From the IMG/VR virus record IMGVR_UViG_3300043425_000245: a DNA stretch of 64,000 nt. One strand, written 5' to 3'. Numbering within the stretch: the stretch's first letter is position 1; the number at the start of each line of letters is the position of its first letter. Source of the DNA: a virus (taxonomy: Duplodnaviria; Heunggongvirae; Uroviricota; Caudoviricetes). Under the pieces are notes generated by a model. It ran no database searches, had not been told where the DNA came from, and saw only the letters and a program-made list of their open reading frames with translations. The translations under genes and the position numbers were made by a program. Below, piece after piece: positions 16,494 through 25,345 of this stretch.

Positions 16494-16736
16494 ATGCCAA
16501 CATATGATTTTAGAAATAAAGACACTGGCGAAGTGTTTGAGAAAATTATGAAAATTGCTGAGAAGGAGCAATATCTAATTGACAACCCCCACATCGAACA
16601 AGCAATAGTAAGCGCACCAGCGTTTACTGGCGATCACATCATCATTAAAAAGGATTCAGGTTTTAAGGAGGTGTTACAGAAAATTAACGAACGAGTGCCA
16701 GGAGGCATGAAACAAAGCGGATCTTCTCAACTATAA
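16494..16736 (+). CDS. FmdB-like small protein
   Basis: MPTYDF..TGEVFE..NPHI; typical neighbour of phage phoH. Confidence 0.75.
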   Translation: MPTYDFRNKDTGEVFEKIMKIAEKEQYLIDNPHIEQAIVSAPAFTGDHIIIKKDSGFKEVLQKINERVPGGMKQSGSSQL

Positions 16737-16748
16737 TAAGGGGTATGC

Positions 16749-17510
16749 ATGGCGACAAAGCGCACAGCAAAACTTCTAGATAATGATTTAAGTGAAAAAC
16801 CAAAAGATGTTAAAGTAAATAACTCTTTGAAAATTAGGATCGATGATTTAAAAACTTTTGATCCATTAACTGCACATCAGAAAGACTTTTACGACGCTTA
16901 TAAGCGACAAGATTATTTTATTGCACTACACGGTGTAGCAGGTACAGGCAAAACATTTATTGCACTGTATAAAGCACTTGAAGAAGTTCTTGATAAGAGC
17001 AATCCGTTCAATAAGATTATTATCGTTCGTTCTGCAGTACCTTCTCGTGAAGTTGGTCACTTGCCAGGAGATTTAAATGAAAAGACAGAAATTTACAGAC
17101 AACCATACCAGCAAATCTGTACGACTCTCTTTGGAAGACCTGATGCCTACCAACGGTTGGAAGAGCAACACCACATTGAATTTATTTCTACATCGTTCAT
17201 CAGGGGTATGTCATTCGATGATGCAATTATCATCGTTGACGAAATGCAAAACCTAACCTATGAAGAGATTGACACGGTTATGACTCGTGTTGGTTATCGT
17301 TCGAAGATTATCTGGTGTGGTGATTATCGCCAAACCGATTTGAATAAGAAAAAGAATGACATGTCTGGTATTCTTAAGTTCTTTGAGATCGCTCAACATA
17401 TGAGAGCTTTCACTAGAATTGAGTTTACACCCGATGACATTGTTCGTTCATCACTAGTGAAAGATTATATCCTCGCCAAACTAAGATATGAGGATTATGT
17501 AGAGAAATAA
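16749..17510 (+). CDS. phoH: PhoH-family ATPase
   Basis: GVAGTGKTFIA, GHLPG, FIRGMSF, DEMQN, GDYRQTDL. Confidence 0.95.
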   Translation: MATKRTAKLLDNDLSEKPKDVKVNNSLKIRIDDLKTFDPLTAHQKDFYDAYKRQDYFIALHGVAGTGKTFIALYKALEEVLDKSNPFNKIIIVRSAVPSREVGHLPGDLNEKTEIYRQPYQQICTTLFGRPDAYQRLEEQHHIEFISTSFIRGMSFDDAIIIVDEMQNLTYEEIDTVMTRVGYRSKIIWCGDYRQTDLNKKKNDMSGILKFFEIAQHMRAFTRIEFTPDDIVRSSLVKDYILAKLRYEDYVEK

Positions 17511-18163
17511 TGAAAACATTTATACATCATGATTTTGCGAAGTTAGAAAGGGATACAGCTGCTGACGGTCGTCGAGTTTATAAGACGCCAGAAGGTAAGC
17601 TGTATCCTTCAGTCACATCCATCACTGGAGTTAATAGCACATTCAACAAGAGTGCTTGGATTCAACGTGTTGGCGTGGATGAAGCAAATAGAATTACTCA
17701 GCGAGCACTTGACCGTGGTACTCGCATTCACTCGTTCTGTGAAAACTTCTTACTTGGTAATGAAGTAAAGATTGATATGTTCGATCAAGATATGTGGAGC
17801 ACAATGCTACCTCTCTTGAATAAGATCGATAATATCCACTGCCTTGAAACACCACTATATTCTGACTTTCTACAAGCAGCTGGTACAGTTGACTGTATTG
17901 CTGAATATGAAGGTAAGTTATCCGTCATCGACTTCAAGACTTCGTCCAGAGTTAAAGAACGAGATGACATCCACAACTACTTTGAGCAGACTGCAGCTTA
18001 TGCTGTCATGTTTGAAGAACGTACAGGTATTCCAATCGGACGTTTGGTTATCTTGATGGTTATTGATGATGATGCTCCACGAGTGTTTATCGAAAAACGT
18101 GATGGTTGGATCGCTGGGTTCAGAAAATCCAGAATGGATTACCGTCATAAATATGGTGTATAA
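17510..18163 (+). CDS. PD-(D/E)XK exonuclease (T4-like phage family)
   Basis: YPSVT, RGTRIH, AGTVDCIAEY, VIDFKTS, QxxAYA. Confidence 0.9.
   Translation: MKTFIHHDFAKLERDTAADGRRVYKTPEGKLYPSVTSITGVNSTFNKSAWIQRVGVDEANRITQRALDRGTRIHSFCENFLLGNEVKIDMFDQDMWSTMLPLLNKIDNIHCLETPLYSDFLQAAGTVDCIAEYEGKLSVIDFKTSSRVKERDDIHNYFEQTAAYAVMFEERTGIPIGRLVILMVIDDDAPRVFIEKRDGWIAGFRKSRMDYRHKYGV
18146..18153 (+). promoter_or_regulatory. late-promoter-like motif upstream of radical SAM gene
   Basis: CATAAATA, same variant as upstream of gene 48 (33614). Confidence 0.5.
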
Positions 18164-18181
18164 TATAATTGAGGAAGATTC

Positions 18182-19636
18182 ATGATTTTTGAAATTCACG
18201 CACAACTGCAAACTGACCCTAATGATAAGAAGGTTTTTTATTATGACAACATGAAGAACATTCTTAAAGATTCTGCTGGAGTTGTCATTGAGTATGCTAA
18301 CATTCAACCGAATCCGAATAGAAAAGAGTTTACTAACTTCAGTAAGGATATCCCTTTAAAGAAGTCAAAGGCAATTAACCACCTGAAGATTCAGCTTGGT
18401 CTTTCTTGCAACTATTCTTGCGATTATTGTTCACAACGTTTCGTTGAGCGTGCACCAGAAACTTCTAAGAAAGATATTGACGCTTTCATGGCTAAGTTGG
18501 AAAACCTTGAGTTCAACGAACAAGACGGTCTTCATGTAGAATTTTGGGGTGGTGAACCTTTAGTTTATTGGAAGACTCTACGACCACTCGCTGAGACTAT
18601 CAAGGATAGATTCAAAGACTGGGAAAAGAAGCCATACTTCTCTATCATTACAAACGGTTCTATCTTAACTGATGAGATGATTGACTGGTTGATGATGATG
18701 AACTTCCAAGTTAGTATTTCACACGATGGACCAGGACAATCTGTGCGTGGTCCAGACCCATTCGATGATCCAGAAGTTAAAGAACGAATTCTTGGTTTCT
18801 ATCGTATGATGACACGTTTGAAGAAGCCATTCAGTTTCAACGCAATGTTGAACAATAAGAATACTTCAAGAAAAGCTATTTACGATTGGTTCGTAAACTT
18901 GACAGGTGATCCAGATGTATCGCTTGGAGAAGGTTCTATCGTTGATGCGTATGAAGAAGATGGTATTGTAAATTCTCTTACAACTAAGCAACAACATTTT
19001 GAATTCCGTCGCCAAGCCTTTGGTGAGATTTTTTCAACCAACGGTCAAATTGGTTTTAAGAGCATCATTATGAAGATGGCTGACTTTGGTCAACGAGTCT
19101 TGACTCATGAAGAATCAATTTACCTTGGTCAAAAGTGTGGTATGGATGATGAGCGTACTATCGCAGTTGATTTGCGTGGTAATGTTATCACTTGCCAAAA
19201 CGTTTCTGCCGCTGAAGTTTCCAAGAATGGTGAGTCACACCTTGGTGGTAACTTAGACAACTATGATGATGTTCAATTTACTTCTTCCACTCACTGGTCT
19301 AATCGTAAAGAGTGTCCAGAGTGCCCAGTGCTACACCTATGTAAAGGTGCTTGCATGTTCTTAGATGAAAAGTTCTGGGACATCAGCTGCGCTAACTCAT
19401 ATTCCGACAACGTTGCTCTTTTCGCCTTGACTTTTGTTAAGTTGACTAATGGGTATATCCCAACCCTGATTAAGAGCGATACTTTACCTCTAGACCGTCA
19501 GGATATCTGGGGTTCTATCTTTGAACATAAGGAAGAGCCTAAAAAGAAGATTATCCCGATCAAAATCGTGGCTGAACAGGTTGGTAAAATCGACGATGTT
19601 ACAGTTTATGGTAAGTCTAGAATCGAGTCAGTATAA
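18182..19636 (+). CDS. radical SAM enzyme with C-terminal SPASM-type domain
   Basis: CNYSCDYC triad, FWGGEPL, ITNGS, ISHDG; CG..DxxGNVxxC and CxxCxxxxxCxGxC..C auxiliary cluster motif. Confidence 0.92.
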   Translation: MIFEIHAQLQTDPNDKKVFYYDNMKNILKDSAGVVIEYANIQPNPNRKEFTNFSKDIPLKKSKAINHLKIQLGLSCNYSCDYCSQRFVERAPETSKKDIDAFMAKLENLEFNEQDGLHVEFWGGEPLVYWKTLRPLAETIKDRFKDWEKKPYFSIITNGSILTDEMIDWLMMMNFQVSISHDGPGQSVRGPDPFDDPEVKERILGFYRMMTRLKKPFSFNAMLNNKNTSRKAIYDWFVNLTGDPDVSLGEGSIVDAYEEDGIVNSLTTKQQHFEFRRQAFGEIFSTNGQIGFKSIIMKMADFGQRVLTHEESIYLGQKCGMDDERTIAVDLRGNVITCQNVSAAEVSKNGESHLGGNLDNYDDVQFTSSTHWSNRKECPECPVLHLCKGACMFLDEKFWDISCANSYSDNVALFALTFVKLTNGYIPTLIKSDTLPLDRQDIWGSIFEHKEEPKKKIIPIKIVAEQVGKIDDVTVYGKSRIESV

Positions 19637-19639
19637 ATA
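19632..19639 (+). promoter_or_regulatory. T4-type late promoter
   Basis: Perfect TATAAATA 20 nt before ATG 19660. Confidence 0.75.
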
Positions 19640-19659
19640 GTTAGAAATGGGCAAACATA

Positions 19660-20547
19660 ATGACTCTTCCAGTATCTCCTAATTCTATCTCTGTTTCCAA
19701 TGTAACGACAGAAGTTGGTGTAACAACCAACTCTGCGACATCAGGGGCAGACTTACAGTGGCTGAACGGATATATCAAACCCGTGGAAAGACCTACGCAA
19801 CCTAATATGCAGTCTTTCTATGGATTGGCTTACTTTACTAGAAATATTGACGGTAATTGTAACAATGCTTCCGCATCAAACTGCAACTGTAACTGCGGTA
19901 ACATTCAGTGTAGCGCATCAGCTAACTGTACAAACATTAACTGTGTAAACTGCGACACAGCACAATTCCTTCAATCAAATTGTAACTGCGCTTGTACATA
20001 CAACTGCGTTTCTAACGCCAACTGCTACTCATACAACTGTAACTGCTCTAAGATCATTTGCACTAAGTTGCATGAACTAGGTTTGATGCCTAATGATATT
20101 TTTGTAGCTGACCAAGCGTTTGGTGAACAGTTAAAGAAAACTGATCCAGAAGTTTACGAGGGGTATGTTCGTTGGGCTTCTGTTATTGTTTCTGGTATGG
20201 AAGGTACAGCCCCTGACTTTATGTTGTGGGTTAACAAAACTGACAGAAAAGAAGTTGAGAAACAAGCAACTATTAAGTGGGCACAGAAAGTGGCTAAACC
20301 ATGGTCTGAACATATGGCTTACTTGATGGGTGTTATCCCAGAAGATAACAACGTTGGACGTTTGATCATGAAGATGGGACGCCCACTTTCTAGACTTGCG
20401 GCTAAATTGCCAAAGAACTATAAGTTTGGATTATTTGGCGCTGTTACCCTTTGGATGATCTGCCCTTCATTGTATTACGCAGCAACTGCTATTGATAAAG
20501 TTCAATCACTATTATCAGTAGAACTATGGACTAAACAAAATGGATAA
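19660..20547 (+). CDS. Asn-Cys repeat protein, putative radical SAM substrate / virion appendage protein
   Basis: N-terminal MTLP..ISxSxV..E..FYG motif typical of phage fibre-tip proteins; residues 67-129 contain 15 Cys; C-terminal KIICT..GY..W domain. Confidence 0.8.
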   Translation: MTLPVSPNSISVSNVTTEVGVTTNSATSGADLQWLNGYIKPVERPTQPNMQSFYGLAYFTRNIDGNCNNASASNCNCNCGNIQCSASANCTNINCVNCDTAQFLQSNCNCACTYNCVSNANCYSYNCNCSKIICTKLHELGLMPNDIFVADQAFGEQLKKTDPEVYEGYVRWASVIVSGMEGTAPDFMLWVNKTDRKEVEKQATIKWAQKVAKPWSEHMAYLMGVIPEDNNVGRLIMKMGRPLSRLAAKLPKNYKFGLFGAVTLWMICPSLYYAATAIDKVQSLLSVELWTKQNG

Positions 20548-20971
20548 GCAACCAACAGAACAAGAACTACTAGATCTTAATATTGGGATTGTTCCTGCTT
20601 TAGATACATTTCAACAAAACCCGTTTCCAATTGGAACCATTAAGTTTGTTGATGATCAAGAGTTAGTATACAAACACGAACATGTTATGCACTGGATGGA
20701 TAACATTGTAATGTCTAGAACTTTAAACTTATCCGCAGAAGACAAAGATCGTTATTTCCAGATGATCACTGATTATGCAGATATCCTTATGAAGATTGTT
20801 GGCGATGATAACCATATTATTTGGAAAGCTGCATTGGGTAAACCTTTCGATGATTTAGAAAAGCATGCTAACAAATCAGGCGCTCAGATTGATTATGAAA
20901 AACCTAAAAAGTTGCTTGATGAGTTCTATGCTTGGCAAGAAAAACAACCAAAAAGTAAAAAGAAGAAATAA
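20540..20971 (+). CDS. hypothetical protein in the radical SAM cassette
   Basis: Overlaps the previous stop. Confidence 0.7.
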   Translation: MDKQPTEQELLDLNIGIVPALDTFQQNPFPIGTIKFVDDQELVYKHEHVMHWMDNIVMSRTLNLSAEDKDRYFQMITDYADILMKIVGDDNHIIWKAALGKPFDDLEKHANKSGAQIDYEKPKKLLDEFYAWQEKQPKSKKKK

Positions 20972-20978
20972 AATATTT

Positions 20979-20985
20979 CTAAATA
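20979..20985 (+). promoter_or_regulatory. late-promoter-like motif
   Basis: CTAAATA followed by hairpin AAGGGGTC-TTAG-GATCCCTT. Confidence 0.5.
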
Positions 20986-21028
20986 AAAAGGGGTCTTAGG
21001 ATCCCTTAAACATTTAGAGAGGTATATT

Positions 21029-21745
21029 ATGAATAATCCGAAAACTGAAGAAGATCGTAAACAATATCATTGGTATCAAAATGCCCAGAATATGTTTTGG
21101 AAAAGTCCAATCTGGGAAGTTGACCTTGGTTATGACACTGAGTGGAATGAAGCGTTACTTGAAGAAATCTACGACATTGGTCGTAATATCACATTAGGTG
21201 TTGACAAAACTCCAAGTAATAGTATCTGGGATTATGCTGACAAATATCCTCATCTAAAAGAAATAAAACAAAAGATTATTGATGTGGTCACTATGACCAT
21301 TACTAAAGAAATCCCCGAGATTCGCATGCTGAATATCAAAGGGTGTGAACATTTTATGGGTTGGATTAATGTTCGCGAACCAGGAGAGTCATTAGAAGTT
21401 CATGGGCATACTGAATCAGCCATCGCTGCGACATATTATGTTAAAGCAAAAGAAGGCTGCGGCGATATTGTTCTTTTCGACACTGCAGGTGCTATTGATT
21501 TTGAAAATAATCGTTTGAGTGGTTCTCCATACGTTCGTGCACGTAGATTTAAACCAGTTGAGGGGCGATTAATATTCTTCCCTAATTATATTCTTCATGG
21601 CGTTGACCCTAATTTGTCTGATGACCTTCGTATCTCGCTAACAACAGATATTCGCAAAGTCGTTGACCCCAATGCTTCAAATACAGTTATTCTTAAAACA
21701 TGGGCAGGTCGTATGTCTAAGATTAAAGAATGGAAGCCTGAATAA
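21029..21745 (+). CDS. 2OG-Fe(II) oxygenase-like protein (TIGR02466 type)
   Basis: WINV..GE..HxH..ATYYV..LIFFPxYxxHxV..N...RIS. Confidence 0.85.
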   Translation: MNNPKTEEDRKQYHWYQNAQNMFWKSPIWEVDLGYDTEWNEALLEEIYDIGRNITLGVDKTPSNSIWDYADKYPHLKEIKQKIIDVVTMTITKEIPEIRMLNIKGCEHFMGWINVREPGESLEVHGHTESAIAATYYVKAKEGCGDIVLFDTAGAIDFENNRLSGSPYVRARRFKPVEGRLIFFPNYILHGVDPNLSDDLRISLTTDIRKVVDPNASNTVILKTWAGRMSKIKEWKPE

Positions 21746-22281
21746 TGTTCTGTAAAGTTAATTATGAATTTGAAAAACCCTTATATGTTGTTACAGAAGG
21801 TTTAAAACGATTCACTGGTCATGAAGGGCGTGGTATTGATTATAAGAAAATCTGGTCGCCTGATGTGGAAAAGTTAATGAGCATAATCCCAAAAAGATAT
21901 TGGGGTGATTTTCACTTAACTGTTATGACTATCAACCGAGATATACCTGCGCACACCGACACAGATATTATTACCACGATCAATTACTATCTAGATTCAG
22001 GTGGTGATGATATTGATACAATATTCTTTGAATCAAAAGTGGATAACCCTAAAAAGTTTCAGATTGAAAATCAAATTGATGGTTATATTTTTGAAAAAGA
22101 AGATTTAGTTGAAGTTGGTAGGTTTAGAGCTAAACCAATGGAGTGTTGGGTTTTGGATGTCAAGAAAATACACAGCGTTGATGGAAATGTAACTGGAGTT
22201 AGAAAAGCTGTTACAATTGGCACATTTATTCATAACTATGAAGCTGTTGTTGAAATGATTAAGGAAACTGGATGTTTGTAA
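21745..22281 (+). CDS. Fe(II)/2OG oxygenase-fold protein
   Basis: IPAHTD..INYY..WVLDVKKIHSV..RKAVT (HxD..H..R); paralogue of next ORF. Confidence 0.7.
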   Translation: MFCKVNYEFEKPLYVVTEGLKRFTGHEGRGIDYKKIWSPDVEKLMSIIPKRYWGDFHLTVMTINRDIPAHTDTDIITTINYYLDSGGDDIDTIFFESKVDNPKKFQIENQIDGYIFEKEDLVEVGRFRAKPMECWVLDVKKIHSVDGNVTGVRKAVTIGTFIHNYEAVVEMIKETGCL

Positions 22282-22802
22282 AACTCAAAAACAGTTTTGA
22301 AAAACCATTATTCACTACCATTGACGGGTTGACATCATTTGCTGGAATAGATGGTAAAGGTGTTGGTCATAAAAAGGTTTGGTCGCCTGATGCTGAACAG
22401 TTTTATTCAGTTATTCCTAAAAGATATTGGGATGATTTTGATTTTACGTTGATGACTATAAATTCAGCGATATACCCTCATATTGATAGAGATTATATCT
22501 CGACTGTCAATTTCTATCTGGAAACTGGCGGTGAATATAAAACTTTGTTTTTCTCAGATGGTGAACTAGCTAATATTAATGGTGATGTTGATTATTCAAG
22601 CGGTGTATATGACGAAAGCACTCTTACTGAGATAGGTTCTTTCGTGGCAAAGAATAATGAAGCATGGTTACTGGACGTTTCTGTGATACACACTGTTCAT
22701 AATATTCATGGGAATGAAAGAAAAGCCCTTTCGTTGAGAACCAAGAAATACAACTACACTGAAGTGTATAATATGTTAAAGGAAACTGATAATGTGGTAT
22801 GA
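22272..22802 (+). CDS. Fe(II)/2OG oxygenase-fold protein
   Basis: IYPHID..VNFY..WLLDVSVIHTV..RKALS; paralogue of previous ORF. Confidence 0.7.
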   Translation: MFVKLKNSFEKPLFTTIDGLTSFAGIDGKGVGHKKVWSPDAEQFYSVIPKRYWDDFDFTLMTINSAIYPHIDRDYISTVNFYLETGGEYKTLFFSDGELANINGDVDYSSGVYDESTLTEIGSFVAKNNEAWLLDVSVIHTVHNIHGNERKALSLRTKKYNYTEVYNMLKETDNVV

Positions 22803-23568
22803 AAGATTAGATGTTCAATTTGATATTGAACGATTAAGAAAAGATGTTCGCGAGCACGTGTTCACCTTGGGTGATCAAGTTATTCAAGGTGAAGAATATG
22901 AAACTCCTCAGTATCATGGGTTTGGTGGTTGGACTTTATTAAGTAGAACTGCTGATTGGAGAGATGGTTGGGAAGCTATTCAAACTGAAACTGGTACATC
23001 CCTTGAGCAAATGTTACCAACTCAAGAGTTAATTTTAAAAGCTCACAAGCACTTTGGTATTGCCCATAGTCTTGAACACGATAAACCAACTCAAGCATAT
23101 GTTGGTTACATTAAAGAAGTTATTGATACTTTAAAAGATATGGGTTTGACTCCACGAAGAGCAAGAATTACTTGTTTAAAAGCTGGATGTAAATCTCTCG
23201 TACATAAAGATGCTGACACAACTGAGTATATGGCACGTTTACATATTCCTCTTTGGACGAATGAGAAATGCGTTCATATTTGTGAGGGTGATAACTTACA
23301 TATGAAAGCTAATGGTTCTGCATACATCCTATGGACTAACTTGTGGCATCAAATTCGTAATGATTCAGATGAAGATCGTTACCATATTATAATGGATGTT
23401 TATGACACCAAAAAGATTACTCAAAACTTTAAATATGAAGGTAATTTTGAAGAGCTAGAAAACTTTGTGCGTGGTACAAGAGAACAAGTTGAATCTGTTG
23501 AATTGACTGAAGACGATAAGGAATTCTTTGATGCGTTGAAGAAAAGATACGTCACAAAAAAGGCTTGA
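22792..23568 (+). CDS. aspartyl/asparaginyl beta-hydroxylase-like oxygenase
   Basis: ARITxL..G..HKD..RLHIPLxTN..HxxxNxSxxDRxHII. Confidence 0.8.
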   Translation: MWYERLDVQFDIERLRKDVREHVFTLGDQVIQGEEYETPQYHGFGGWTLLSRTADWRDGWEAIQTETGTSLEQMLPTQELILKAHKHFGIAHSLEHDKPTQAYVGYIKEVIDTLKDMGLTPRRARITCLKAGCKSLVHKDADTTEYMARLHIPLWTNEKCVHICEGDNLHMKANGSAYILWTNLWHQIRNDSDEDRYHIIMDVYDTKKITQNFKYEGNFEELENFVRGTREQVESVELTEDDKEFFDALKKRYVTKKA

Positions 23569-23593
23569 CTTCCAATAAATAATCAGGTATAAT
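23565..23593 (+). promoter_or_regulatory. sigma70-type promoter of tmRNA gene
   Basis: TTGACT-17-TATAAT. Confidence 0.85.
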
Positions 23594-23599
23594 ATAGGT

Positions 23600-23916
23600 T
23601 ATTGCTGTAATCCCTTCAAAGCGAAGGACTTCTGGACGGGGGTTCGACTCCCCCCATCTCCACCAAAAGCACATACATCGCTTCTCACCTGAAATAGTGC
23701 GATGGTACAGATGATAGTGGTGAAGTAATATCTGCTTATGTGTGCTTTTGATGGGGATGCCATGGTTTCGACAGGGGTAGATAGTAGAGACGGCAGCACG
23801 TCAGGAGTAGACGTTAAAAGCAAATCAAACTAAATGCAAACGATGAAGTTTTCGCATTGGCAGCCTAAACGCTGACTAGGGTTTCGATGGGTTTCCTCGT
23901 AACAGAATAACCCATC
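23600..23916 (+). ncRNA. ssrA: circularly permuted (two-piece) tmRNA, tag ANDEVFALAA
   Basis: T arm and acceptor 3' end GGGGGTTCGACTCCCCC-CATCTCC-A-CCA (to 23665) precede the 5' end GGGGATG..TTCGAC (23753); G3-U70 pair; tag ORF 23836-23868; outer ends approximate. Confidence 0.92.
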
Positions 23917-23933
23917 ACTAATTCGGAGATATT

Positions 23934-24437
23934 ATGATCGGTGTTGTATTAGGTAATGGTCCAAGTCGTGAGTTCTACGATAGAAAAGGTGATATTGTCC
24001 TTGGTTGTAATATTCCCAATGAACAATTCAGCGTAGATGCGACTGTTATTTGCGATGAAGAAATTGCTTGGATTATTAAGAATGACTTGACTTTAATTCA
24101 AGTTCCAGTTATAATATCTACTAAGGTGTTTGAAAAATTAAAAGAGTTTAAGATTGAAGACCAGTTTATAATCTTAGACGTTTTCAAACCTAAAGACTGG
24201 TACAATGCAGCCCACTATGCTGCAGAATATTTGATACAAAACACTGAGTGTGAACAGATAGAGTTATGGGGTTGCGACTCTATTTTTGAGAATACTGTTT
24301 CATCTACAACTGGAAAATTAATCCAGCAAAGCACTCAAGGTGATACAAGGTTTGTTCGTAATTGGCGTAGAGTTTGGAATGAGATGCACCTGAATAACCC
24401 TGATGTGCATTTCGTGGCTATGAGAATGCCTAAATAA
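23934..24437 (+). CDS. hypothetical Rossmann-like protein
   Basis: VLGNGPSR..GCN..IELWGCDS motif, as in sugar-transferase-like phage proteins. Confidence 0.65.
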   Translation: MIGVVLGNGPSREFYDRKGDIVLGCNIPNEQFSVDATVICDEEIAWIIKNDLTLIQVPVIISTKVFEKLKEFKIEDQFIILDVFKPKDWYNAAHYAAEYLIQNTECEQIELWGCDSIFENTVSSTTGKLIQQSTQGDTRFVRNWRRVWNEMHLNNPDVHFVAMRMPK

Positions 24438-24494
24438 TATACCAGCTGACGGTTGCTGGCACACACTTTAACCGTTTTACACACAGGAGTTTAT

Positions 24495-24773
24495 ATGTCA
24501 AATATGACACCGTTCGAGATTCGCCTTGAACTATTAAAAATGGCGAAGGATATGCTTGTTGAAGAATACTACGGTAAGAAAGAACAAGTTGTCCAAGATT
24601 GGCAAGTTAAGGTAGAAAATGCCCGACACAATGGCTCTGCTCCACCTGAGCACCCAACGTTGCCAAACTATCCGACTGAAGCTGATGTTGTCGCAAAGGC
24701 AACTCAATTAAACGGCTTCGTCTCACAAATCCCACAAGCTACATTAGAAAAGGCAAGCAAAAAGTCCACCTGA
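24495..24773 (+). CDS. conserved T4-like phage hypothetical protein
   Basis: TPFEIRLELLKMAKDML..FVS motif; AGGAG SD. Confidence 0.75.
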   Translation: MSNMTPFEIRLELLKMAKDMLVEEYYGKKEQVVQDWQVKVENARHNGSAPPEHPTLPNYPTEADVVAKATQLNGFVSQIPQATLEKASKKST

Positions 24774-24826
24774 TAGGGATTGGGGTGTCGCATTCGCACA
24801 CCCTTTAACTTACAAAGGAGATAATT

Positions 24827-25345
24827 ATGCGTAAAGCAAAATTAATACTACTTGGTTCTGTTATTACACTTTGTACCTTAATTGGTCTTGGTCATACAAT
24901 GGAACAAAACAAACTAATGGATATCGCATATAGCGATCTAACTAAAGAAGCCAGAAAGCAGGTAGACTGTTTGGCTGAAAATATTTACCACGAAGCTGGG
25001 TTTGAGCCAGAAAAAGGTAAACAAGCTGTTGCTTTGGTAACGCTTAATAGAACGCAAGATGAACGTTTTCCTTCACAGATATGCGAAGTCGTAAAACAAA
25101 AGACTCAAGGCACGTGTCAGTTCAGTTGGTTCTGTATGCCTGTTAAATTGAAAAGAGATTCTGACGCATTTAGGGAATCTATGCAAGTTGCCCTATTTGT
25201 TTATGCAAACTATGAGAAGTTGAAAGACGTCACGCATGGCGCTCTTTACTATCATGCAGACTACGTCAACCCTCGTTGGCGAAATGTCGAAAAGACAACC
25301 GTCATTGGTCGTCACATTTTTTATAAGGAAAAACTGAAATCATGA
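24827..25345 (+). CDS. cell wall hydrolase (SleB/Hydrolase_2)
   Basis: CLAENIYHEA..VxLNR..FP..ICEVV..CQFSW..GALYYHADYV..IGRHIFY. Confidence 0.92.
   Translation: MRKAKLILLGSVITLCTLIGLGHTMEQNKLMDIAYSDLTKEARKQVDCLAENIYHEAGFEPEKGKQAVALVTLNRTQDERFPSQICEVVKQKTQGTCQFSWFCMPVKLKRDSDAFRESMQVALFVYANYEKLKDVTHGALYYHADYVNPRWRNVEKTTVIGRHIFYKEKLKS

Noticed and set aside
17510-18163. CRISPR Cas4 adaptation gene
   Set aside because: Fits the common T4-like stand-alone exonuclease beside phoH; lacks the Cas4 Fe-S cysteines and has no array.
20050-20547. Hint/intein domain starting at KIICT
   Set aside because: Lacks CFxxGTxV, TxxH and terminal HN motifs.
23635-23665. tRNA gene
   Set aside because: T arm and CCA have no upstream D or anticodon arm; explained as the tmRNA acceptor piece.
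23599-23823. 74 aa minus-strand ORF
   Set aside because: Lies opposite the tmRNA; the typical spurious ORF over ssrA.
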